IMG/VR virus record: IMGVR_UViG_3300025889_000071
Reading direction: 5' to 3' (one strand)
Source of the DNA: a virus
Lineage: Duplodnaviria > Caudoviricetes
Length of the DNA stretch: 64,000 nt
The translations under genes were made by a program, and so were the position numbers. The notes below the pieces were generated by a model. The model was not told the DNA's origin and ran no database searches. It saw only the letters and a list, made by a program, of their open reading frames with translations. Positions 55,947-64,000 of this stretch are shown here, one piece after another. Numbering within the stretch: the first letter of the stretch is position 1; every line of letters starts with the position of its first letter.

Positions 55947-56258
55947 ATGTCTTATCAATACAAAATCACCAGTTCATATTGTTGGTATAATAATGGCAGT
56001 ATGATTGTGAAAATGTATTTCATAAATGGCCTTCCATTTACTTTTGATGAACTTCCAGATGGACATTTACGCGATAAAGAATTAATTAAAGAAGCAAATA
56101 AATCAATATCTTATGAACCAGATGAAATGTATCGATATTCATTTTATCTGATTGATGAAGAAATGCATCCGATGCTTTTTCCTGTTGATTTGGAAAATCC
56201 GGAAGATATGCCAGACCAAGAAATAGAACTTTGTGATGAGCAAGATTTTATGCGATAA
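55947..56258 (+). CDS. Conserved hypothetical protein
   Basis: YCWYNNGSMIVKMYFINGLPFTFDELP...YLIDEE.HP. Confidence 0.75.
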   Translation: MSYQYKITSSYCWYNNGSMIVKMYFINGLPFTFDELPDGHLRDKELIKEANKSISYEPDEMYRYSFYLIDEEMHPMLFPVDLENPEDMPDQEIELCDEQDFMR

Positions 56259-56291
56259 ATAAAATATAAGGAATTACTTGCAGAAAATAAA

Positions 56292-59200
56292 ATGGGTCTC
56301 TCAAGATTAGAGAATTTTATCAAGAATGTTCGTGGCAATATTTTGTATGTGAGTCCCAATGATTTGGACTCTACTGATAGTATTGAAAATAGTGGAAATT
56401 CACTCACTCGACCATTCAAAACAATACAAAGAGCACTGGTTGAAGCATCTAGATTTTCATATCAAAAAGGATTGAATAATGATAGATTCAATCAAACAAC
56501 TATTTTAGTATATCCTGGTGAGCATACTATTGATAATAGGCCTGGATATATTCCTGATGGTTTGGGTACATTTAAAACTAGAAGTGGATTTAACGCTGAA
56601 GATTTTACAGCATGGGATGGAAACACTGTATATGATTTAAATACCGAGAACAATGCACTATACAAATTAAATAGTGTTCATGGTGGTGTTATTGTTCCTC
56701 GTGGTGTATCAATTATTGGTATTGATTTAAGAAAAACGAAAATAAGACCAAAATATATTCCAAATCCAACTGATAGTAATATTCCAAGTTCTGCCGTGTT
56801 CAGATTAACCGGTGGTTCTTATGTACAAAATTTTACTATTTTAGATGGTGATCCAAATAGCACATCATATAGAGATTATTTGAACAGTGACTTTATTCCT
56901 AATTTTTCTCACCATAAATTAACCTGTTTTGAATATGTTGATGGTACAAATAATGTAAAAATAAGTGATACTTTCTTAACATATGAATCAACCAGAACAG
57001 ACCTTGATATGTATTATGAAAAGGTCGGATTGGTCTATGGTACTGCAAGCGGAAGAGAAATTCAACCAGATTATCCGTCCACTGGTTTAGACATTGAACC
57101 TAAAGTTGATGAGTATCGTCTTGTTGGTCCTACTGGCCAATCTGTAGAAATTTCTGCCATACAAGCAGGTAATGGTGTTGTTGCCACAACAACTATCACA
57201 GTTACAACGGCAACTGCAATTGATGGTTTAGATGTAGATAATGTTATAGTTATTGATGGATTAGCAGATACAGAATATAATGGAAGATATACTGTTACTG
57301 AAAAAATTAATTCAACACAATTTAAATATATTACAAATAATCCTCCTGTAGACCCAAATCCATCATCAACTGCAACTGCAACAGCATCTATTGTCGTTGA
57401 TAATATAACATCAGCATCTCCGTATATCAATACAATCACATTGAAATCTGTTTATGGAATGTGTGGTGTTCTTGCAGATGGATCAAAATCTTCAGGATTT
57501 AAATCAATTGTTATTTCGGAATTTTCAGGTATCTCTCTTCAGAAAGATGAAAATGCCTTTGTAAAATTTAATAAGACCAGTGGTGTATACGAAGATACTA
57601 CAATTCCTGGTAATGAGAACTTAAGTTCTGATATAGATGCAGTTTATAAACCAGCATATTCAAATTTCCATATTAAAGGAACTGGAGATACTTATATTCA
57701 AGCAGTATCTTGTTTTGCTATCGGTTTTTCAGAGCAATTTGTTTCTATTGATGGAGCAAATTTATCGTTAAGTAATTGTAATTCAAATTTTGGAGCTAAA
57801 TCATTATCTTCATCTGGTTTCAAAAATACTGCAACAAGTACTGAAGATTTAGGATACATTTCTCATATTCTTCCACCAAGAGAAGTGGATGAAGATGAAA
57901 TTAGTGTATCTTTTGCTCCAATTGATATTAAAACCACTATTGGAATTGGTACAACTAATGAAAGATTATATTTGTATGATCAAAAAAATGTAGACTCTAT
58001 ACCATCAAGTGAGTTCAATGGATATAAAATTGGTGCAAAAGCATCTGATAAACTTTATATTTTAACCTCAAATGGTGAGCAAAAGGTAGAGCATTTTTCA
58101 AGAATTGTAATGTCTAATTCTCAGTCTAGTTCTGAAAAAGTATTTAATGTTCTCAAAACAAATGTTGGTATCAATAGTATTGTTTCTAATACCATTACAT
58201 TAACAGAAAATCATACTTTCCAGAATGCAGAATCGGTGAGAGTTATCAGTGAAGATGGTTCTCTTCCAGATGGAATAGAATCAAACACCGTATATTATGC
58301 AATTACCTCTGGAGTAGATCCTGACGAGATTAAACTTGCGAGTAGTGAAGCTAATGCAAGAACTTTAAGTGCGATTTCATTTAATAATTTTGGAGGTTCT
58401 TTAAAGATTGTCAGTAGGGTATCTGATAAAAAATCTGGTGATGTTGGCCACCCAATCCAATATGATACTGGTTCTAGTCAATGGTATATTAAGGTAGCAA
58501 CTGCTAATACAGAGAACTTAATTTATTCAAATGTAATTGTTGGTTTAGGAACAACTGCATTTAATAATGACGCATCACCTAAAACATATGTGAAGAGAAC
58601 ACCTGATAATAGGCAATTAAAGGATTCAATTTATCGTCTTCGTTATGTTATACCTGAAGTTGATTCAACAGTGGCAAAACCACCATCTATTGGAGCAGTT
58701 ATTCAAGAATCAAGTACTTCAATTGGTAGCACAGCAATAGAAGTAGGAAAATATTTTGGTTCCGGCACACTGACTAATTCAAATCAATTAAGAAATTTTA
58801 AAATTATATCTGATGTTTCATGGGATACTGAATTAGCATATTTCACAACAGAAGTTCCACACAAGTTGAATGTGGGATCACAAGTTCAAATTAATAATGT
58901 AAAGAGCACCTTGAATGTTGCTGGAGTAGGAAATTCAGGATTTAATAGAACTTATTCTGTTGTTGGGGTAGGAAGTGCTAAACAATTTAGTGTAGGATTA
59001 TCAACAGATCCAGGATCTTTTACGAGTGATATTACAGTAAGAGATACAAATCTTCCAAACTTCTCAAGAAAAAGATATAGAAATACTTATTATGTGCAAA
59101 ATGTTGAAGAAGTTCAAGAATATATTAGTGGAGTTCAACCTGGAGTTTATTATCTAACAGTTTTGAATTCTACTAATTCTCCATCAATATCACCATTCAC

Positions 59201-62117
59201 TGGAGAAAGTTTCTCTCAACCAATACAGAATCTTTATCCAGAAATTGATAGAGATAATTTATTGTCTGACATAAATGCTACAATTTCTGTAGCTTCACCA
59301 TCTCCAATTGGAAAAGTTACTGTTGATGATTCGAAAAATAGCATTACAAGAGAAACATCTGATAAATTTATATCCGATATCAATATTGGTGTGGGATTAA
59401 CTGATATTTTAACAAATGTTGTCGGTACTGGTGGAACTATTCATGAATTACGTACAAAAATTGACCATGGACTTAATGGTGCAATAAAAGTTAGCATTGC
59501 TTCCAGTGGTGCAAATTATGGTACGGGTTCTGCTTCTGAAGTCATTTATTATGGCGCAAAACTAGTTGCATCTGCATCATCAACTGGACCAACAGGAAAA
59601 CATGCATCTGCTAGAGTTACTGTAGATGCAAATGATGGCGGAATTACTGAAGTATTAATAACTGATGGTGGAAGTGGATATTTCCCAGGAAATCAATGCA
59701 AAATTGTTAGTGTAGCAACTACAACAGGACATAGTGCGGCAGAAGTAGTAATTGAAAAAGTCAATGATAATGTTGGAGATGTTGTTAAGATTGTAGGAGT
59801 TTCTTCCGATACTTATGAACCATATAATACATTATACAGAATTACTTCTGTTGGTATTGGTTCCGAAAAAGATTTTAGAGCCGAGTCTATTTCTGAAATT
59901 AGTGGGGTTACAACCACCGGAATTGGTGCAACTGTTCTATCAAATGCAGTTTTATATAATGTTGGAAAATCTGTTGGCATTTCAAGTATCAATTATTTTT
60001 CAAGCACTGGTATTGCAACAGTCACAACAAATTCTAATCATGGATTTGGCGTAAACAATAAAGTTAGAATTGTTACTGGTATTGCAACAATGCCAGAATT
60101 TGATGGTGAATTTATCATCAAAAAAGATGAAAGTCTTACATCATTCTCATTTAATTTGGGTATTGGTGTCACAGACCAACCTGTTGCTATGGGTTCATCT
60201 ATGTTTGTACTTCCAACAGGATGGACATCAAATGCAGGGACACTTGGTGAAAAGGATAGTAGTGTTAATGCTAGAATGGTTTCAAATTATGCTGGAATTA
60301 CAACAACACTTTCATCTGGTATTGCCAATGCCACAACCGATGAAGTATCATTAACAAACGTTGGTGATTTAAATCTTGCCGCAGGTGATTATCTATCCAT
60401 TGATAATGAAATAGTAAGAATCAAAACAAATCCATCAAATCCGTTAAGCAATCCACTTTTAGTCTTTAGAGGGGTTCTTGGATCAAAAGCAACATCTCAT
60501 GATTCTGGATCAATTGTTCGTAAAATACAACCACTTCCAATTGAATTTAGAACACCATCTAAAAATGTAGCTCAAAGTCATGTTTGGGAACATGTTGGTT
60601 TTGGACCAGGAAATTATTCTACAGGTCTTCCTAGTAATCAAACTCGTGGAAAAACACCTGAAGAAGAAATATTATCACAGTCATATAAGAAGGATGGTGG
60701 TCTTAATTTCTTTGATGGAATTGATAATGAAGGATCTAGTTACTTTGGAAATAAGAAAATTAATAATATTTCTGGAGAAGAGGAAGTATTTGATGGACCA
60801 AATCTTAATAGTGAAACTGTAATCAATACAAAATCAACTACATTTGAAGGAAAATTAACTTCAACTTCAGATGAAGGTGTTGAGGCAAAAAATATACTAT
60901 TAAAAGGAAATGTAGACCTTGCCAAAAAACATACTGTAGAAAAAGAAGCACCATCATATACAGGAAATCCTGGCGACATTGTTTATTCGGATCTTCCAAT
61001 TGAGGGTCAAAATTCTGCCTGGATATATGCAAATGATAAGAGTTGGAAGAGAACAGGACCAATAGCATTGTCAGCTGACACCGATTCTTACCTATTCAGT
61101 AGTGTAGGTATTGGAACTACAACGTTATCTCTAAAAGATCATATTGTGCAAATTGGTTCTGGTTCAAGTATTGTTACCATTGGACCAAATGGAAGTGTTG
61201 GTGTTGGATCAACAGGGCATATATTTAAGTTCAGAGTAGAAGGTACATCACATTTCTCCGGTAGTGTTTCTGCAGGTGATGCTATTACTGCGAGTAGCTT
61301 TATTGGTGATGGCTCTGGTCTAACAAATCTGAACGTATCGGCAACTGGATGGGCACAAGTTGAAGCTGGACTTGGAACTGGTATTTACAATACTCAACTA
61401 AACAGAGTTGGTATTAATACTGCTGCTCCACAAGTTGTTCTTGATGTTGGTAGTCCCACATCTGGTGTTGGTGGAACAGATTTAAGAGTACGTAACATTG
61501 CAAAATTTGATAGTTCAGTAGTTGCACAAAATATTAGTGTAGGTGGTATTCTTACGTCAACAAATTATCGTCTTGATAGTACGTTATCTAGAATTAGATC
61601 AGGGATTGTAACTACATCCACATTAGTTGTTGGTACTGCTGGAACTGTTATTACAACAAACTCTTCCCAGAATATTGGTATTGGAACACTTGCAGCAAGA
61701 ACTAAATTGGATGTTGAAGGAAGATTGAGAACTAAATCTCATTCCGAAAATATTGAAGTCGTATCTGTTTCTGCTGGAAACGTTAATATTGATTTGAACA
61801 AAGCAACAATATTTGATTTAGATCTTTCAACTTCTGGCACTGATGTTACCCAATTTACCCTTCTTGGAACTCCAGATTCTGCAGCTTCTTCGGAGTTTGT
61901 TATTAGAATTAAATCAAATGGTTCTAATTCTGTTGGTATCAATACATTCAAGAATCAATCTGGAACTAATTTGAGAGTATATTGGCCATCATCTGTTCCC
62001 AATGTTTCAATATCTACAGATAAGTATGATTTCTATAGATTTAGAACTTTCTCAAGGTCTGGAGCGATTGACGTATTTGGTTTTGTTGATGGACAAAACA
62101 TGGGATATCAATACTGA
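56292..62117 (+). CDS. Large virion structural protein (baseplate wedge/fibre-associated, 1941 aa)
   Basis: MGLSRLENF..N.RGNILYV...GNSLTRPFKTIQRAL; many VGIGT beta-motifs; late motif ATAAATA at ~56256. Confidence 0.8.
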   Translation: MGLSRLENFIKNVRGNILYVSPNDLDSTDSIENSGNSLTRPFKTIQRALVEASRFSYQKGLNNDRFNQTTILVYPGEHTIDNRPGYIPDGLGTFKTRSGFNAEDFTAWDGNTVYDLNTENNALYKLNSVHGGVIVPRGVSIIGIDLRKTKIRPKYIPNPTDSNIPSSAVFRLTGGSYVQNFTILDGDPNSTSYRDYLNSDFIPNFSHHKLTCFEYVDGTNNVKISDTFLTYESTRTDLDMYYEKVGLVYGTASGREIQPDYPSTGLDIEPKVDEYRLVGPTGQSVEISAIQAGNGVVATTTITVTTATAIDGLDVDNVIVIDGLADTEYNGRYTVTEKINSTQFKYITNNPPVDPNPSSTATATASIVVDNITSASPYINTITLKSVYGMCGVLADGSKSSGFKSIVISEFSGISLQKDENAFVKFNKTSGVYEDTTIPGNENLSSDIDAVYKPAYSNFHIKGTGDTYIQAVSCFAIGFSEQFVSIDGANLSLSNCNSNFGAKSLSSSGFKNTATSTEDLGYISHILPPREVDEDEISVSFAPIDIKTTIGIGTTNERLYLYDQKNVDSIPSSEFNGYKIGAKASDKLYILTSNGEQKVEHFSRIVMSNSQSSSEKVFNVLKTNVGINSIVSNTITLTENHTFQNAESVRVISEDGSLPDGIESNTVYYAITSGVDPDEIKLASSEANARTLSAISFNNFGGSLKIVSRVSDKKSGDVGHPIQYDTGSSQWYIKVATANTENLIYSNVIVGLGTTAFNNDASPKTYVKRTPDNRQLKDSIYRLRYVIPEVDSTVAKPPSIGAVIQESSTSIGSTAIEVGKYFGSGTLTNSNQLRNFKIISDVSWDTELAYFTTEVPHKLNVGSQVQINNVKSTLNVAGVGNSGFNRTYSVVGVGSAKQFSVGLSTDPGSFTSDITVRDTNLPNFSRKRYRNTYYVQNVEEVQEYISGVQPGVYYLTVLNSTNSPSISPFTGESFSQPIQNLYPEIDRDNLLSDINATISVASPSPIGKVTVDDSKNSITRETSDKFISDINIGVGLTDILTNVVGTGGTIHELRTKIDHGLNGAIKVSIASSGANYGTGSASEVIYYGAKLVASASSTGPTGKHASARVTVDANDGGITEVLITDGGSGYFPGNQCKIVSVATTTGHSAAEVVIEKVNDNVGDVVKIVGVSSDTYEPYNTLYRITSVGIGSEKDFRAESISEISGVTTTGIGATVLSNAVLYNVGKSVGISSINYFSSTGIATVTTNSNHGFGVNNKVRIVTGIATMPEFDGEFIIKKDESLTSFSFNLGIGVTDQPVAMGSSMFVLPTGWTSNAGTLGEKDSSVNARMVSNYAGITTTLSSGIANATTDEVSLTNVGDLNLAAGDYLSIDNEIVRIKTNPSNPLSNPLLVFRGVLGSKATSHDSGSIVRKIQPLPIEFRTPSKNVAQSHVWEHVGFGPGNYSTGLPSNQTRGKTPEEEILSQSYKKDGGLNFFDGIDNEGSSYFGNKKINNISGEEEVFDGPNLNSETVINTKSTTFEGKLTSTSDEGVEAKNILLKGNVDLAKKHTVEKEAPSYTGNPGDIVYSDLPIEGQNSAWIYANDKSWKRTGPIALSADTDSYLFSSVGIGTTTLSLKDHIVQIGSGSSIVTIGPNGSVGVGSTGHIFKFRVEGTSHFSGSVSAGDAITASSFIGDGSGLTNLNVSATGWAQVEAGLGTGIYNTQLNRVGINTAAPQVVLDVGSPTSGVGGTDLRVRNIAKFDSSVVAQNISVGGILTSTNYRLDSTLSRIRSGIVTTSTLVVGTAGTVITTNSSQNIGIGTLAARTKLDVEGRLRTKSHSENIEVVSVSAGNVNIDLNKATIFDLDLSTSGTDVTQFTLLGTPDSAASSEFVIRIKSNGSNSVGINTFKNQSGTNLRVYWPSSVPNVSISTDKYDFYRFRTFSRSGAIDVFGFVDGQNMGYQY

Positions 62118-62160
62118 TAAATAATAAAAAAAGTAGTATTCTGGGGGAGAGTGAACCCAA

Positions 62161-64000
62161 ATGGCAGGAATTAATAAGAATTTTGTTATTAAGAATGGCA
62201 TTGAGGTCAACACTAATTTAATTGTAGGTAATACTGAATTAGGTCGAGTTGGTATTGGAACCACTCAACCTCTTCAAAATTTACATGTTGTCGGTGGTAT
62301 TGGTGCAACATCCATCGATGTTACTGGGGTTGCAACCATTCGAACATTGAATGTCCTTGGAGTTACAACTCTCCCACAATTGGTTCTTGGTGCTGGAGAT
62401 CCTGTCATAACAGGAACACCAAATCAGATATTAGCTGTTTATGATGGTGTACATATTGAGGGAAATACTGGTATTGGTATCACCTTACCAAATGCCAGAT
62501 TAGATGTTGTTCCACCATCAGATAAAAGTGCAGGTATATTTTCAGGATCATCTTCTGAAGGGATGGTTCATATTGTTCAGAAAGGTGAGGGGGATGCATT
62601 AAGAGTTGAGAGTATTCCTGCAGGTATCAACACAACTGCTTTTGTCGTAACAGGAGTCGGAACAGTTGGTGTAGGAACCACTAATCCAGATGTTAAACTT
62701 ACTGTTTGGACATCAGTATCTACAGGAACCACTGCAATTTATGCAAGAGGTGATGTTGTTGGCACTGGTATTGGTTCCTTTATTAGTTTGCAATCAGAGA
62801 CTGCAAATGTTGCTATTGGAACGATTGGTAAATTAGTAGGTCAGTCTTTAAATTATAGTGGAATTAATACATTAACAAGCATTGAATCTACAGAACTAAC
62901 AGTAAGTGGATTCTCTACGTTAGGTAGTGCCAAGTTATCAAATACAATTCTTGCTGGTGTTAATACTGGATTGTATGCTCCAGGTATTTCTACATTAACT
63001 TATCTAACAGGTCAATCTGCAAACTATAGTGGAATTTCTACATTAACTTCTCTTGATGGAGTATCATTAAATTATACTGGTATTTCTACTATTAGTCATG
63101 TAAGTGGAACAACTTTGGTTGTTTCTGGATTCTCTACATTAGGTAGTGCCAAGTTATCAAATACAATTCTTGCTGGTGTTAATACTGGCCTCTATGCTCC
63201 AGGTATTTCTACATTAACTTATCTAACAGGTCAATCTGCAAACTATAGCGGTATCAATACTCTTGGTTTTGTCGAGTCAATAACCTTAAATGTTTCTGGA
63301 TTTAGTACTCTTGGTGCTACTTCTGCATCATTATTAAGTGTTTCTGGTGTCTCTACACTTACTGGAGGTGTTAATGCTGATGCAGGTATTAAGGCCGCAA
63401 GATTAAGTGTTGCTGGAATTTCTACATTAGGACAAACCACAACTGCAGGTCTCAAGAACACTGGAATTTCTACATTAGGTAATGCAACAGCAGACACATT
63501 AGTTGTTTCTGGATTTAGTACTCTTGGTGCTACTTCTGCATCATTATTAAGTGTTTCTGGTGTTTCTACACTTACTGGTGGAGTAAATGCTGATGAAGGT
63601 ATTAAGGCCGCAAGATTAAGTGTTACTGGAATTTCAACATTAAGTGATGCAACATCAACTAACCTTGTTGTATCTGGATTTAGTACTCTTGGTGGTTCAT
63701 CTGCAACATTATTGAGTGTTTCTGGTGTCTCTACACTCACTGGTGGAGTAAACGCCGATGAAGGTATTAAGGCCGCAAGATTAAGTGTTACCGGTATTAC
63801 TACATTAGGTCAAACTACAGCAACAGGATTAAAAGTTACTGGAATTTCTACATTAGATCAAACTACCACAACTGGTCTTAAGAACACTGGAATTTCTACA
63901 TTAGGGAATGCAACAGCAGACACTTTAGTTGTTTCTGGATTTAGTACTCTTGGTGGTTCATCTGCAACATTATTAAATGTATCTGGATTTAGTACTTTTG
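62161..64000 (+). CDS. Tail fibre-like protein, 3' truncated by window end
   Basis: Open frame from ATG 62161 (MAGINKNFVIKNGIEV...GRVGIGTT) to the window end; repeated SG(I/F/V)STL motifs. Confidence 0.8.
   Translation, partial: MAGINKNFVIKNGIEVNTNLIVGNTELGRVGIGTTQPLQNLHVVGGIGATSIDVTGVATIRTLNVLGVTTLPQLVLGAGDPVITGTPNQILAVYDGVHIEGNTGIGITLPNARLDVVPPSDKSAGIFSGSSSEGMVHIVQKGEGDALRVESIPAGINTTAFVVTGVGTVGVGTTNPDVKLTVWTSVSTGTTAIYARGDVVGTGIGSFISLQSETANVAIGTIGKLVGQSLNYSGINTLTSIESTELTVSGFSTLGSAKLSNTILAGVNTGLYAPGISTLTYLTGQSANYSGISTLTSLDGVSLNYTGISTISHVSGTTLVVSGFSTLGSAKLSNTILAGVNTGLYAPGISTLTYLTGQSANYSGINTLGFVESITLNVSGFSTLGATSASLLSVSGVSTLTGGVNADAGIKAARLSVAGISTLGQTTTAGLKNTGISTLGNATADTLVVSGFSTLGATSASLLSVSGVSTLTGGVNADEGIKAARLSVTGISTLSDATSTNLVVSGFSTLGGSSATLLSVSGVSTLTGGVNADEGIKAARLSVTGITTLGQTTATGLKVTGISTLDQTTTTGLKNTGISTLGNATADTLVVSGFSTLGGSSATLLNVSGFSTF
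62907..63995 (+). repeat. Near-identical intragenic direct repeats in fibre gene
   Basis: ~125-nt block at 62907 and 63126; ~135-nt block at 63292, 63505, 63670 and partial at 63931. Confidence 0.85.

Noticed and set aside
63243-63740. 165-aa minus-strand repetitive ORF
   Set aside because: Antisense shadow of the repetitive fibre gene on the plus strand

Overview
A 64-kb, AT-rich segment of a T4-like cyanomyovirus (cyanophage), probably infecting Synechococcus/Cyanobium. In order it holds: the probable 3' end of talC and small conserved ORFs, then a free-standing HNH nuclease. Next is a ~20-kb, 24-gene, translationally coupled nucleotide-sugar / glycosyltransferase / methyltransferase island that also carries nadE. 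A photosynthesis auxiliary-gene block follows (two hli, petF, thioredoxin-like, PhotoRC-II leader + psbA, EndoVII/F-CphI-like homing endonuclease, psbD, glutaredoxin). Then comes a nitrogen-responsive cassette (NtcA-like box, consensus sigma70 promoter, glutamine riboswitch, DUF4278 peptide), followed by thyX, phoH, exonuclease, gp33, gp59 and gp32. The baseplate/tail module (gp53, 48, 4, 54, 26, 51, hub/tape-measure proteins, cp12, gp5 pieces, fibres) is interrupted by a 4-tRNA cluster and ends in two large virion proteins, the last running off the window. Most notable: (1) a glnA-type glutamine aptamer whose P3 loop encloses an entire 57-codon ORF, with start and stop codon regions base-paired and duplicated P1 strands that could act as a switch; (2) a compact 198-nt group I intron in phage tRNA-Leu(UAA); (3) an intron-less psbA with unique rare synonymous codons exactly at the presumed homing-endonuclease target; (4) a glycan island with a eukaryote/giant-virus-like enzyme set. 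Family assignments come from motif recognition only; no database searches were run.
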